Assembly (NCBI RefSeq): GCF_009914755.1
Contig: NC_060948.1
Length of the DNA: 64,000 bases
From: the human T2T-CHM13v2.0 reference genome, Homo sapiens
Reading direction: 5' to 3' (one strand)
A program made the translations under genes and the position numbers. The notes under the pieces are model-generated. The model saw only the letters and a program-made list of their open reading frames with translations. It was not told the origin of the DNA and ran no database searches. Below, piece after piece: positions 36,341-58,093 of this stretch (position 1 is its first letter; every line of letters starts with the position of its first letter).

Positions 36341-38468
36341 AGATCCATATTTTTTAAATGAAAAAAAATTTCAAAGGTACTCTGCTTGGTACAATAATCA
36401 AATGTATAAACTGAGGAATAAAACATAACCATGAAACCTACTTATAACTGCATATGGAAAATACAGAGGATAATTTTTTAAATAACATATTTTGAAAGCC
36501 TTAACTAGTAATTTGAAGAGTTGGCATTTGAAAGGCCAGTATGAATACACCTTCAAAGCAGCAACACAGGTTCCCCATGAGAAAAAGCAAACTCAGGGAA
36601 AATAAAACCACAAAGGTTCAATCTCTTCTGACCTTTGAAAGACACAGCACAGACAGTGGTCCTTAGGACGAAGAGCAGGAGACCCCTAATTCCGTCACCA
36701 TGGCGATAGGGCATAAACATTGCTGGGTGAGGGCACAATCCACATAGTGAGGTCCAACTGCTGCCAGGAAGACAGGAGTGCTTTTACATAGACCGAAAGG
36801 TCATTGAAGGCTCAGAGTTTTGTTTCAAGAACTGAATCCCAAGCCCACACGTTATTAGGCTGCGCTTCTTAAAACAAGTTATGAGATGGGAAAAAGGGCA
36901 CCCACAAACATACGTATACATTATGTATATAATAATATACAGTATCATATATATAATATATATAACCCATGTATAATATTGTTTTACATCCTGCATCTTA
37001 TATTATATATATTGTATAAAATATAATAATTGATAATATATAAATTTTATATTTATACAATATGACATATAGTATATATTATAATTTATTACATATATAA
37101 TATATGTTATATATCATATATAGAATATATTATACGGTTAATATACGTATTAAATATAAATTATACATTATATATATTATATATAATATATCTGCTATAT
37201 ATAATACCCATTGTGCATAATATATATATTATGTCTATGTTATATATAGTATAAAACAACATATAATAATATATAATTGTATATATAAAACGCGACATAT
37301 AATATATATTATATTTTATGACATATGTAATATATATTATATATTATATATAATACGTTGTATGTATAATACCTATATTAAATATAAATTATATGACTAT
37401 GTTATTAATTACATGTCACATATGTTATATATTATATATTTTACATAGAATATACCGGTTACATACAATATATACTATGTTACCTATAATGTATAATTTA
37501 TTACATGTAAAATAAAGAATGCAATATATTATGTATAATTTATAATATACAATATGTGGAATGTGATATATATAACATATAATATATGATATATGATATA
37601 CAGTATATGATATATAACATACAATATATGATACCTAATATATATGGTATACAATATATATTTTATGATATGTATTCTATATGTTTTATATTCTGTTATA
37701 TATAACTATTTGAAATTATATATAACTGTATAATATTTTATGTAAATATGTAATATAATATATATAACTATATAATATATTATATATAACTATATATTAT
37801 GTTATATATACTTTTATAACATAATTTACATAAAATATCATAATATAATATATATTATATTATTTCATATTACATAATATATATTACATATCACCCAATA
37901 TAAGTAACATACATAATATTATAATATAGATTATGTTATGTTATATTAAATATCATATATATCATGTATCATATATTCTATAATATATATTATACATTAT
38001 ATAATATGTATGTTGTCTATTATGAGATATATATAACTATATATATAATTATATTATTATACATATAACTAGATAAACATGTAATTCTACATATTTTCAT
38101 TTATAATATATAGAATTATATAATCATATATAATTATTTATATTCTATAAAAAATTATATCATTATATAAATTATAATATATAAAAATTATAATATGTAC
38201 TACAAATATATATATTATATATCATATATGATATAGTACCTTTGTTATATATCATAATACATATAAATGTGTATTATGTTATCTATAATTATATAATTTC
38301 ATATATAAGTTGTATAATATGTATTATATATTATATATGTTATGTAATATATATAGTATATATAAGATGACACAGGATAAATATTATATACTATGACATA
38401 TAAAATATATGAGGTTATATGTTTCATATAAGGCATAGCACATAATATGTAATATATATCATCTATAA

Positions 38469-38760
<292 letters not shown>

Positions 38761-40865
38761 AGATCCATATTTTTTAAATGCAAAAAAATTTCAAAGGTAC
38801 TCTGCTTGGTACATTAATCAAATGTATAAACTGAGGAATAAAACATAACCATGAAACCTACTTATAACTGCATATGGAAAATACAGAGGATAATTTTTTA
38901 AATAACATATTTTGAAAGCCTTAACTAGTAATTTGAAGAGTTGGCATTTGAAAGGCCAGTATGAATACACCTTCAAAGCAGCAACACAGGTTCCCCATGA
39001 GAAAAAGCAAACTCAGGGAAAATAAAAACATAAATGTTCAATCTCTTCTGACCTTTGAAAGACACAGCACAGACAGTGGTCCTTAGGACGAAGAGCAGGA
39101 GACCCCTAATTCCGTCACCATGGCGATAGGGCATAAACACTGCTGGGTGAGGGCACAATCCACATTGTGAGGTCCAACTGCTGCCAGGAAGACAGGAGTG
39201 CTTTTACATAGACCGAAAGGTCATTGAAGGCTCAGAGTTTTGTTTCAAGAACTGAATCCCAAGCCCACACGTTATTAGGCTGCGCTTCTTAAAACAAGTT
39301 ATGAGATGGGAAAAAGGGCACCCACAAACATACGTATACATTATGTATATAATAATATACAATATCATATATATAATATATATAACCTATGTATAATATT
39401 GTTTTACATCCTGCATCTTATAATATATATATTGTATAAAATATAATAATTGATAATATATATGTTTTATATTTATACAATATGACATATAGTATATATT
39501 ATAATTTATGACATATATAATATATGTTATATATCATATATAGAATATATTATACGGTTAATATACGTATTAAATATAAATTATACATTATATATATTAT
39601 ATATAATATATCTGTTATATATAATACCCATTATGCATAATATATATATTATGTCTATGTTATATATAGTATAAAACAACATATAATAATATATAATTGT
39701 ATATATAAAATGCGACATATAATATATATTATATTTTATGACATATGTAATATATATTATATATTATATATAATACGTGGTATGTATAATACCTATATTA
39801 AATATATATTATATGACTATGTTATTAATTACATGTCACATATGTTATATATTATATATTTTACATAGAATATACCGGTTACATACAATATATACTATGT
39901 TACCTATAATGTATAATTGATTACATGTAAAATAAAGAATGCAATATATTATGTATAATTTATAATATACAATATGTGGAATGTGATATATATAACATAT
40001 AATATATGATATATGATATACAGTATATGATATATAACATACAATATATGATACCTAATATATATGGTATAAAATATATATTTTATGTTATGTATTCTAT
40101 ATGTTTTATATTCTGTTATATATAACTATTTGAAATTATATATAACTGTATAATATTTTATGTAAATATGTAATATAATATATATAACTATAAAATATAT
40201 TATATATAACTATATATTATGTTATATATACTTTTATAACATAATTTACATAAAATATCATAATATAATATATATTATATTATTTCACATTACATAATAT
40301 ATATTACATATCACCCAATATAAGTAACATACATAATATTATAATATAGATTATATTATGTTATATTAAATATCATATATATCATGTATCATATATTCTA
40401 TAATATATATTATACATTATATAATATGTATGTTGTCCATTATGTGATATATATAACTATATATATAATTATATTATTATACATATAACTAGATAAACAT
40501 GTAATTCTACATATTTTCATTTATAATATATAGAATTATATAATCATATATAATTATTTATATTCTATAAAAAATTATATCATTATATAAATTATAATAT
40601 ATAAAAATTATAAGATGTACTACAAATATATATATTATATATCATATATGATATAGTACCTTTGTTATATATCATAATACATATAAATGTGTATTATGTT
40701 ATCTATAATTTTATAATTTCATATATAAGATGTATAATATGTATTATATATTGTATATGTTATGTAATATATATAGTATATATAAGCTGACACAGGATAA
40801 ATATTATATACTATGACATATAAAATATATGAGGTTATATGTTACATATAAGGCATAGCACATAA

Positions 40866-41180
<315 letters not shown>

Positions 41181-43279
41181 AGATCCATATTTTTTAAATG
41201 AAAAAAAATTTCAAAGGTACTCTGCTTGGTACAATAATCAAATGTATAAACTGAGGAATAAAACATAACCATGAAACCTACTTATAACTGCATATGGAAA
41301 ATACAGAGGATAATTTTTTAAATAACATATTTTGAAAGCCTTAACTAGTAATTTGAAGAGTTGGCATTTGAAAGGCCAGTATGAATATACCTTCAAAGCA
41401 GCAACACAGGTTCCCCATGAGAAAAAGCAAACTCAGGGAAAATAAAACCACAAAGGTTCAATCTCTTCTGACCTTTGAAAGACACAGCACAGACAGTGGT
41501 CCTTAGGACGAAGAGCAGGAGACCCCTAATTCCGTCACCATGGCGATAGGGCATAAACATTGCTGGGTGAGGGCACAATCCACATTGTGAGGTCCAACTG
41601 CTGCCAGGAAGACAGGAGTGCTTTTACATAGACCGAAAGGTCATTGAAGGCTCAGAGTTTTGTTTCAAGAACTGAATCCCAAGCCCACACGTTATTAGGC
41701 TGCGCTTCTTAAAACAAGTTATGAGATGGGAAAAAGGGCACCTACAAACATACGTATACATTATGTATATAATAATATACAGTATCATATATATAATATA
41801 TATAACCCATGTATAATATTGTTTTACATCCTGCATCTTATATTATATATATTGTATAAAATATAATAATTGATAATATATAAGTTTTATATTTATACAA
41901 TATGACATATAGTATATATTATAATTTATGACATATATAATATATGTTATATATCATATATAGAATATATTATACGGTTAATATACGTATTAAATATAAA
42001 TTATACATTATATATATTATATATAATATATCTGCTATATATAATACCCATTGTGCATAATATATATATTATGTCTATGTTATATAATATAAAACAACAT
42101 ATAATAATATATAATTGTATATATAAAACGCGACATATAATATATATTATATTTTATGACATATGTAATATATATTATATATTATATATAATACGTTGTA
42201 TGTATAATACCTATATTAAATATAAATTATATGACTATGTTATTAATTACATGTCACATATGTTATATATTATATATTTTACATAGAATATACCGGTTAC
42301 ATACAATATATACTATGTTACCTATAATGTATAATTTATTACATGTAAAATAAAGAATGCAATATATTATGTATAATTTATAATATACAATATGTGGAAT
42401 GTGATATATATAACATATAATATATGATATATGATATACAGTATATGATATATAACATACAATATATGATACCTAATATATATGGTATACAATATATATT
42501 TTATGATATGTATTCTATATGTTTTATATTCTGATATATATAACTATTTGAAATTATATATAACTGTATAATATTTTATGTAAATATGTAATATAATATA
42601 TAACTATATAATATATTATATGTAACTATATATTATGTTATATATACTTTTATAACATAATTTACATAAAATATCATAATATAATATATATTATATTATT
42701 TCATATTACATAATATATATTACATATCACCCAATATAAGTAACATACATAATATTATAATATAGATTATATTATGTTATATTAAATATCATATATATCA
42801 TGTATCATATATTCTATAGTATATATGATACATTATATAATATGTATGTTGTCTATTATGTGATATATATAACTATATATAATTATATTATTATACATAT
42901 TACTAGATAAACATGTAATTCTACATATTTTCATTTATAATATATAGAATTATATTATCATATATAATTATTTATATTCTATAAAAAATTATATCATTAT
43001 ATAAATTATAATATATAAAAATTATAATATGTACTACAAATATATATATTATATATCATATATGATATAGTACCTTTGTTATATATCATAATACATATAA
43101 ATGTGTATTATGTTATCTATAATTATATAATTTCATATATAAGATGTATAATATGTATTATATATTATATATGTTATGTAATATATATAGTATATATAAG
43201 ATGACACAGGATAAATATTATATACTATGACATATAAAATATATGAGGTTATATGTTACATATAAGGCATAGCACATAA

Positions 43280-43594
<315 letters not shown>

Positions 43595-45693
43595 AGATCC
43601 ATATTTTTTAAATGAAAAAAAATTTCAAAGGTACTCTGCTTGGTACAATAATCAAATGTATAAACTGAGGAATAAAACATAACCATGAAACCTACTTATA
43701 ACTGCATATGGAAAATACAGAGGATAATTTTTTAAATCACATATTTTGAAAGCCTTAACTAGTAATTTGAAGAGTTGGCATTTGAAAGGCCAGTATGAAT
43801 ATACCTTCAAAGCAGCAACACAGGTTCCCCATGAGAAAAAGCAAACTCAGGGAAAATAAAACCACAAAGGTTCAATCTCTTCTGACCTTTGAAAGACACA
43901 GCACAGACAGTGGTCCTTAGGACGAAGAGCAGGAGACCCCTAATTCCGTCACCATGGCGATAGGGCATAAACATTGCTGGGTGAGGGCACAATCCACATT
44001 GTGAGGTCCAACTGCTGCCAGGAAGACAGGAGTGCTTTTACATAGACCGAAAGGTCATTGAAGGCTCAGAGTTTTGTTTCAAGAACTGAATCCCAAGCCC
44101 ACACGTTATTAGGCTGCGCTTCTTAAAACAAGTTATGAGATGGGAAAAAGGGCACCTACAAACATACGTATACATTATGTATATAATAATATACAGTATC
44201 ATATATATAATATATATAACCCATGTATAATATTGTTTTACATCCTGCATCTTATATTATATATATTGTATAAAATATAATAATTGATAATATATAAATT
44301 TTATATTTATACAATATGACATATAGTATATATTATAATTTATTACATATATAATATATGTTATATATCATATATAGAATATATTATACGGTTAATATAC
44401 GTATTAAATATAAATTAAACATTATATATATTATATATAATATATCTGCTATATATAATACCCATTGTGCATAATATATATATTATGTCTATGTTATATA
44501 ATATAAAACAACATATAATAATATATAATTGTATATATAAAACGCGACAAATAATATATATTATACTTTATGACATATGTAATATATATTATATATTATA
44601 TATAATACGTTGTATGTATAATACCTATATTAAATATAAATTATATGACTATGTTATTAATTACATGTCACATATGTTATATATTATATATTTTACATAG
44701 AATATACCGGTTACATACAATATATACTATGTTACCTATAATGTATAATTTATTACATGTAAAATAAAGAATGCAATATATTATGTATAATTTATAATAT
44801 ACAATATGTGGAATGTGATATATATAACATATAATATATGATATATGATATACAGTATATGATATATAACATACAATATATGATACCTAATATATATGGT
44901 ATACAATATATATTTTATGATATGTATTCTATATGTTTTATATTCTGATATATATAACTATTTGAAATTATATATAACTGTATAATATTTTATGTAAATA
45001 TGTAATATAATATGTAACTATATAATATATTATATATAACTATATATTATGTTATATATACTTTTATAACATAATTTACATAAAATATCATAATATAATA
45101 TATATTATATTATTTCATATTACATAATATATATTACATATCACCCAATATAAGTAACATACATAATATTATAATATAGATTATATTATTTTATATTAAA
45201 TATCATATATATCATGTATCATATATTCTATAATATATATGATACATTATATAATATGTATGCTGTCTATTATGTGATATATATAACTATATATAATTAT
45301 ATTATTATACATATTACTAGATAAACATGTAATTCTACATATTTTCATTTATAATATATAGAATTATATAATCATATATAATTATTTATATTCTATAAAA
45401 AATTATATCATTATATAAATTATAATATATAAAAATTATAATATGTACTACAAATATATATATTATATATCATATATGATATAGTACCTTTGTTATATAT
45501 CATAATACATATAAATGTGTATTATGTTATCTATAATTATATAATTTCATATATAAGATGTATAATATGTATTATATATTATATATGTTATGTAATATAT
45601 ATAGTATATATAAGATGACACAGGATAAATATTATATACTATGACATATAAAATATATGAGGTTATATGTTACATATAAGGCATAGCACATAA

Positions 45694-46008
<315 letters not shown>

Positions 46009-48108
46009 AGATCCATATTTTTTAAATGAAACAAAATTTCAAAGGTACTCTGCTTGGTACAATAATCAAATGTATAAACTGAGGAATAAAACATAACCAT
46101 GAAACCTACTTATAACTGCATATGGAAAATACAGAGGATAATTTTTTAAATAACATATTTTGAAAGCCTTAACTAGTAATTTGAAGAGTTGGCATTTGAA
46201 AGGCCAGTATGAATACACCTTCAAAGCAGCAACACAGGTTCCCCATGAGAAAAAGCAAACTCAGGGAAAATAAAACCACAAAGGTTCAATCTCTTCTGAC
46301 CTTTGAAAGACACAGCACAGACAGTGGTCCTTAGGACGAAGAGCAGGAGACCCCTAATTCCGTCACCATGGCGATAGGGCATAAACATTGCTGGGTGAGG
46401 GCACAATCCACATTGTGAGGTCCAACTGCTGCCAGGAAGACAGGAGTGCTTTTACATAGACCGAAAGGTCATTGAAGGCTCAGAGTTTTGTTTCAAGAAC
46501 TGAATCCCAAGCCCACACGTTATTAGGCTGCGCTTCTTAAAACAAGTTATGAGATGGGAAAAAGGGCACCTACAAACATACGTATACATTATGTATATAA
46601 TAATATACATTATCATATATATAATATATATAACCCATGTATAATATTGTTTTACATCCTGCATCTTATATTATATATATTGTATAAAATATAATAATTG
46701 ATAATATATAAATTTTATATTTATACAATATGACATATAGTATATATTATAATTTATTACATATATAATATATGTTATATATCATATATAGAATATATTA
46801 TACGGTTAATATACGTATTAAATATAAATTATACATTATATATATTATATATAATATATCTGCTATATATAATACCCATTGTGCATAATATATATATTAT
46901 GTCTATGTTATATATAGTATAAAACAACATATAATAATATATAATTGTATATATAAAACGCGACATATAATATATATTATATTTTATGACATATGTAATA
47001 TATATTATATATTATATATAATACGTTGTATGTATAATACCTATATTAAATATAAATTATATGACTATGTTATTAATTACATGTCACATATGTTATATAT
47101 TATATATTTTACATAGAATATACCGGTTACATACAATATATACTATGTTACCTATAATGTATAATTTATTACATGTAAAATAAAGAATGCAATATATTAT
47201 GTATAATTTATAATATACAATATGTGGAATGTGATATATATAACATATAATATATGATATATGATATACAGTATATGATATATAACATACAATATATGAT
47301 ACCTAATATATATGGTATACAATATATATTTTATGATATGTATTCTATATGTTTTATATTCTGTTATATATAACTATTTGAAATTATATATAACTGTTAA
47401 TATTTTATGTAAATATGTAATATAATATATAACTATATAATATATTATATATAACTATATATTATGTTATATATACTTTTATAACATAATTTACATAAAA
47501 TATCATAATATAATATATATTATATTATTTCATATTACATAATATATATTACATATCACCCAATATAAGTAACATACATAATATTATAATATAGATTATA
47601 TTATGTTATATTAAATATCATATATATCATGTATCATATATTCTATAATATATATGATACATTATATAATATGTATGTTGTCTATTATGTGATATATATA
47701 ACTATATATAATTATATTATTATACATATTACTAGATAAACATGTAATTCTACATATTTTCATTTATAATATATAGAATTATATAATCATATATAATTAT
47801 TTATATTCTATAAAAAATTATATCATTATATAAATTATAATATATAAAAATTATAATATGTACTACAAATATATATATTATATATCATATATGGTATAGT
47901 ACCTTTGTTATATATCATAATACATATAAATGTGTATTATGTTATCTATAATTATATAATTTCATATATAAGATGTATAATATGTATTATATATTATATA
48001 TGTTATGTAATATATATAGTATATATAAGATGACACAGGATAAATATTATATACTATGACATATAAAATATATGAGGTTATATGTTACATATAAGGCATA
48101 GCACATAA

Positions 48109-48423
<315 letters not shown>

Positions 48424-50522
48424 AGATCCATATTTTTTAAATGAAAAAAAATTTCAAAGGTACTCTGCTTGGTACAATAATCAAATGTATAAACTGAGGA
48501 ATAAAACATAACCATGAAACCTACTTATAACTGCATATGGAAAATACAGAGGATAATTTTTTAAATCACATATTTTGAAAGCCTTAACTAGTAATTTGAA
48601 GAGTTGGCATTTGAAAGGCCAGTATGAATATACCTTCAAAGCAGCAACACAGGTTCCCCATGAGAAAAAGCAAACTCAGGGAAAATAAAACCACAAAGGT
48701 TCAATCTCTTCTGACCTTTGAAAGACACAGCACAGACAGTGGTCCTTAGGACGAAGAGCAGGAGACCCCTAATTCCGTCACCATGGCGATAGGGCATAAA
48801 CATTGCTGGGTGAGGGCACAATCCACATTGTGAGGTCCAACTGCTGCCAGGAAGACAGGAGTGCTTTTACATAGACCGAAAGGTCATTGAAGGCTCAGAG
48901 TTTTGTTTCAAGAACTGAATCCCAAGCCCACACGTTATTAGGCTGCGCTTCTTAAAACAAGTTATGAGATGGGAAAAAGGGCACCTACAAACATACGTAT
49001 ACATTATGTATATAATAATATACAGTATCATATATATAATATATATAACCCATGTATAATATTGTTTTACATCCTGCATCTTATATTATATATATTGTAT
49101 AAAATATAATAATTGATAATATATAAATTTTATATTTATACAATATGACATATAGTATATATTATAATTTATTACATATATAATATATGTTATATATCAT
49201 ATATAGAATATATTATACGGTTAATATACGTATTAAATATAAATTATACATTATATATATTATATATAATATATCTGCTATATATAATAACCATTGTGCA
49301 TAATATATATATTATGTCTATGTTATATAATATAAAACAACATATAATAATATATAATTGCATATATAAAACGCGACATATAATATATATTATATTTTAT
49401 GACATATGTAATATATATTATATATTATATATAATACGTTGTATGTATAATACCTATATTAAATATAAATTATATGACTATGTTATTAATTACATGTCAC
49501 ATATGTTATATATTATATATTTTACATAGAATATACCGGTTACATACAATATATACTATGTTACCTATAATGTATAATTTATTACATGTAAAATAAAGAA
49601 TGCAATATATTATGTATAATTTATAATATACAATATGTGGAATGTGATATATATAACATATAATATATGATATATGATATACAGTATATGATATATAACA
49701 TACAATATATGATACCTAATATATATGGTATACAATATATATTTTATGATATGTATTCTATATGTTTTATATTCTGATATATATAACTATTTGAAATTAT
49801 ATATAACTGTATAATATTTTATGTAAATATGTAATATAATATATAACTATATAATATATTATATATAACTATATATTATGTTATATATACTTTTATAACA
49901 TAATTTACATAAAATATCATAATATAATATATATTATATTATTTCATATTACATGATATATATTACATATCACCCAATATAAGTAACATACATAATATTA
50001 TAATATAGATTATATTATGTTATATTAAATATCATATATATCATGTATCATATATTCTATAATATATATGATACATTATATAATATGTATGCTGTCTATT
50101 ATGTGATATATATAACTATATATAATTATATTATTATACATATTACTAGATAAACATGTAATTCTACATATTTTCATTTATAATATATAGAATTATATAA
50201 TCATATATAATTATTTATATTCTATAAAAAATTATATCATTATATAAATTATAATATATAAAAATTATAATATGTACTACAAATATATATATTATATATC
50301 ATATATGATATAGTACCTTTGTTATATATCATAATACATATAAATGTGTATTATGTTATCTATAATTATATAATTTCATATATAAGATGTATAATATGTA
50401 TTATATATTATATATGTTATGTAATATATATAGTATATATAAGATGACACAGGATAAATATTATATACTATGACATATAAAATATATGAGGTTATATGTT
50501 ACATATAAGGCATAGCACATAA

Positions 50523-50837
<315 letters not shown>

Positions 50838-52938
50838 AGATCCATATTTTTTAAATGAAAAAAAATTTCAAAGGTACTCTGCTTGGTACAATAATCAAAT
50901 GTATAAACTGAGGAATAAAACATAACCATGAAACCTACTTATAACTGCATATGGAAAATACAGAGGATAATTTTTTAAATAACATATTTTGAAAGCCTTA
51001 ACTAGTAATTTGAAGAGTTGGCATTTGAAAGGCCAGTATGAATACACCTTCAAAGCAGCAACACAGGTTCCCCATGAGAAAAAGCAAACTCAGGGAAAAT
51101 AAAACCACAAAGGTTCAATCTCTTCTGACCTTTGAAAGACACAGCACAGACAGTGGTCCTTAGGACGAAGAGCAGGAGACCCCTAATTCCGTCACCATGG
51201 CGATAGGGCATAAACATTGCTGGGTGAGGGCACAATCCACATTGTGAGGTCCAACTGCTGCCAGGAAGACAGGAGTGCTTTTACATAGACCGAAAGGTCA
51301 TTGAAGGCTCAGAGTTTTGTTTCAAGAACTGAATCCCAAGCCCACACGTTATTAGGCTGCGATTCTTAAAACAAGTTATGAGATGGGAAAAAGGGCACCT
51401 ACAAACATACGTATACATTATGTATATAATAATATACAGTATCATATATATAATATATATAACCCATGTATAATATTGTTTTACATCCTGCATCTTATAT
51501 TATATATATTGTATAAAATATAATAATTGATAATATATAAATTTTATATTTATACAATATGACATATAGTATATATTATAATTTCTTACATATATAATAT
51601 ATGTTATATATCATATATAGAATATATTATACGGTTAATATACGTATTAAATATAAATTATACATTATATATATTATATATAATATATCTGCTATATATA
51701 ATACCCATTGTGCATAATATATATATTATGTCTATGTTATATATAGTATAAAACAACATATAATAATATATAATTGTATATATAAAACGCGACATATAAT
51801 ATATATTATATTTTATGACATATGTAATATATATTATATATTATATATAATACGTTGTATGTATAATACCTATATTAAATATAAATTATATGACTATGTT
51901 ATTAATTACATGTCACATATGTTATATATTATATATTTTACATAGAATATACCGGTTACATACAATATATACTATGTTACCTATAATGTATAATTTATTA
52001 CATGTAAAATAAAGAATGCAATATATTATGTATAATTTATAATATACAATATGTGGAATGTGATATATATAACATATAATATATGATATATGATATACAG
52101 TATATGATATATAACATACAATATATGATACCTAATATATATGGTATACAATATATATTTTATGATATGTATTCTATATGTTTTATATTCTGTTATATAT
52201 AACTATTTGAAATTATATATAACTGTATAATATTTTATGTAAATATGTAATATAATATATAACTATATAATATATTATATATAACTATATATTATGTTAT
52301 ATATACTTTTATAACATAATTTACATAAAATATCATAATATAATATATATTATATTATTTCATATTACATAATATATATTACATATCACCCAATATAAGT
52401 AACATACATAATATTATAATATAGATTATATTATGTTATATTAAATATCATATATATCATGTATCATATATTCTATAATATATATGATACATTATATAAT
52501 ATGTATGTTGTCTATTATGTGATATATATAACTATATATAATTATATTATTATACATATTACTAGATAAACATGTAATTCTACATATTTTCATTTATAAT
52601 ATATAGAATTATATAATCATATATAATTATTTATATTCTATAAAAAATTATATCATTATATAAATTATAATATATAAAAATTATAATATGTACTACAAAT
52701 ATATATATTATATATCATATATGATATAGTACCTTTGTTATATATCATAATACATATAAATGTGTATTATGTTATCTATAATTATATAATTTCATATATA
52801 AGATGTATAATATGTATTATATATTATATATGTTATGTAATATATATAGTATATATAAGATGACACAGGATAAATATTATATACTATGACATATAAAATA
52901 TATGAGGTTATATGTTACATATAAGGCATAGCACATAA

Positions 52939-53253
<315 letters not shown>

Positions 53254-55381
53254 AGATCCATATTTTTTAAATGAAAAAAAATTTCAAAGGTACTCTGCTT
53301 GGTACAATAATCAAATGTATAAACTGAGGAATAAAACATGACCATGAAACCTACTTATAACTGCATATGGAAAATACAGAGGATAATTTTTTAAATCACA
53401 TATTTTGAAAGCCTTAACTAGTAATTTGAAGAGTTGGCATTTGAAAGGCCAGTATGAATATACCTTCAAAGCAGCAACACAGGTTCCCCATGAGAAAAAG
53501 CAAACTCAGGGAAAATAAAACCACAAAGGTTCAATCTCTTCTGACCTTTGAAAGACACAGCACAGACAGTGGTCCTTAGGACGAAGAGCAGGAGACCCCT
53601 AATTCCGTCACCATGGCGATAGGGCATAAACATTGCTGGGTGAGGGCACAATCCACATTGTGAGGTCCAACTGCTGCCAGGAAGACAGGAGTGCTTTTAC
53701 ATAGACCGAAAGGTCATTGAAGGCTCAGAGTTTTGTTTCATGAACTGAATCCCAAGCCCACACGTTATTAGGCTGCGCTTCTTAAAACAAGTTATGAGAT
53801 GGGAAAAAGGGCACCCACAAACATACGTATACATTATGTATATAATAATATACAGTATCATATATATAATATATATAACCTATGTATAATATTGTTTTAC
53901 ATCCTGCATCTTATATTATATATATTGTATAAAATATAATAATTGATAAAATATAAGTTTTATATTTATACAATATGACATATAGTTTATATTATAATTT
54001 ATGACATATATAATATATGTTATATATCATATATAGAATATATTATACGGTTAATATACGTATTAAATATAAATTATACATTATATATATTATATAAAAT
54101 ATATCTGTTATATATAATACCCATTATGCATAATATATATATTATGTCTATGTTATATATACTATAAAACAACATATAATAATATATAACTGTATATATA
54201 AAATGCGACATATAATATATATTATATTTTATGACATATGTAATATATATTATATATTATATATAATACGTTGTATGTATAATACCTATATTAAATATAT
54301 ATTATATGACTATGTTATTAATTACATGTCACATATGTTATATATTATATATTTTACATAGAATATACCGGTTACATACAATATATACTATGTTACCTAT
54401 AATGTATAATTGATTACATGTAAAATAAAGAATGCAATATATTATGTATAATTTATAATATACAATATGTGGAATGTGATATATATAACATATAATATAT
54501 GATATATGATATACAGTATATGATATATAACATACAATATATGATACCTGATATATATGGTATACAATATATATTTTATGATATGTATTCTCTATGTTTT
54601 ATATTCTGTTATATATAACTATTTGAAATTATATATAACTGTATAATATTTTATGTAAATATGTAATATAATATATATAACTATATAATATTTTATATAT
54701 AACTATATATTATGTTATATATACTTTTATAACATAATTTACATAAAATATCATAATATAATATATATTATATTATTTCATATTACATAATATACATTCC
54801 ATATGACCCAATATAAGTAACATACATAATATTATAATATAGATTATATTATGTTATATTAAATTTCATATATATCATGTATCATATATTCCATAATATA
54901 TATTATACATTATATAATATGTATGTTGTCTATTATGTGATATATATAACTAAATATATAATTATATTGTTATACATATAACTAGATAAACATGTAATTC
55001 TACATATTTTCATTTATAATATATAGAATTATATAATCATATATAATTATTTATATTCTATAAAAAATTATATCATTATATAAATTATAATATATAAAAA
55101 TCATAATATGTCCTACAAATATATATATTATATATCATATATGATATAGTACCTTTGTTATATATCATAATACATATAAATGTGTATTATGTTATCTATA
55201 ATTATATAATTTCATATATAAGATGTATAATATGTATTATATATTATATATGTTATGTAATATATATAGTATATATAAGATGTCACAGGATAAATATTAT
55301 ATACTATGACATATAAAATATATGAGGTTATATGTTACATATAAGGCATAGCACATAACATGTAATATATATCATCTATAA

Positions 55382-55673
<292 letters not shown>

Positions 55674-57778
55674 AGATCCATATTTTTTAAATGAAAAAAA
55701 ATTTCAAAGGTACTCTGCTTGGTACAATAATCAAATGTATAAACTGAGGAATAAAACATAACCATGAAACCTACTTATAACTGCATATGGAAAATACAGA
55801 GGATAATTTTTTAAATAACATATTTTGAAAGCCTTAACTAGTAATTTGAAGAGTTGGCATTTGAAAGGCCAGTATGAATATACCTTCAAAGCAGCAACAC
55901 AGGTTCCCCATGAGAAAAAGCAAACTCAGGGAAAATAAAACCACAAAGGTTCAATCTCTTCTGACCTTTGAAAGACACAGCACAGACAGTGGTCCTTAGG
56001 ACGAAGAGCAGGAGACCCCTAATTCCGTCACCATGGCGATAGGGCATAAACATTGCTGGGTGAGGGCACAATCCACATTGTGAGGTCCAACTGCTGCCAG
56101 GAAGACAGGAGTGCTTTTACATAGACCGAAAGGTCATTGAAGGCTCAGAGTTTTGTTTCAAGAACTGAATCCCAAGCCCACACGTTATTAGGCTGCGCTT
56201 CTTAAAACAAGTTATGAGATGGGAAAAAGGGCACCCACAAACATACGTATACATTATGTATATAATAATATACAGTATCATATATATAATATATATAACC
56301 TATGTATAATATTGTTTTACATAATGCATCTTATATTATATATATTGTATAAAATATAATAATTGATAATATATAAGTTTCATATTTACACAATATGACA
56401 TATAGTATATATTATAATTTATGACATATATAATATATGTTATATATCATATATAGAATATATTATACGATTAATATACGTATTAAATATAAATTATACA
56501 TTATATATATTATATATAATATATCTGTTATATATAATACCCATTATGCATAATATATATATTATATCTATGTTATATATAGTATAAAACAACATATAAT
56601 AATATATAATTGTATATATAAAATGCGACATATAATATATATTATATTTTATGACATATGTAATATATATTATATATTATATATAATACGTTGTATGTAT
56701 AATACCTATAATAAATATATATTATATGACTATGTTATTAATTAGATGTCACATGTGTTATATATTATATATTTTACATAGAATATACCGGTTACATACA
56801 ATATATACTATGTTACCTATAATGTATAATTTATTACATGTAAAATAAAGAATGCAATATATTATGTATAATTTATAATATACAATATGTGGAATGTGAT
56901 ATATATAACATATAATATATGATATATGATATACAGTATATGATATATAACATACAATATATGATACCTAATATATATGGTATACAATATATATTTTATG
57001 ATATGTATTCTATATGTTTTATATTCTGTTATATATAACTATTTGAAATTATATATAACTGTATAATATTTTATGTAAATATGTAATATAATATATATAA
57101 CTATAAAATATATTATATATAACTATATATTATGTTATATATACTTTTATAACATAATTTACATAAAATATCATAATATAATATATATTATATTATTTCA
57201 CATTACATAATATATATTACATATCACCCAATATAAGTAACAGACATAATATTATAATATAGATTATATTATGTTATATTAAATATCATATATATCATGT
57301 ATCATATATTCTATAATATATATTATACATTATATAATATGTATGTTGTCCATTATGTGATATATATAACTATATATATAATTATATTATTATACATATA
57401 ACTAGATAAACATGTAATTCTACATATTTTCATTTATAATATATAGAATTATATAATCATATATAATTATTTATATTCTATAAAAAATTATATCATTATA
57501 TAAATTATAATATATAAAAATTATAAGATATACTACAAATATATATATTATATATCATATATGATATAGTACCTTTGTTATATATCATAATACATATAAA
57601 TGTGTATTATGTTATCTATAATTTTATAATTTCATATATAAGATGTATAATATGTATTATATATTGTATATGTTATGTAATATATATAGTATATATAAGC
57701 TGACACAGGATAAATATTATATACTATGACATATAAAATATATGAGGTTATATGTTACATATAAGGCGTAGCACATAA

Positions 57779-58093
<315 letters not shown>
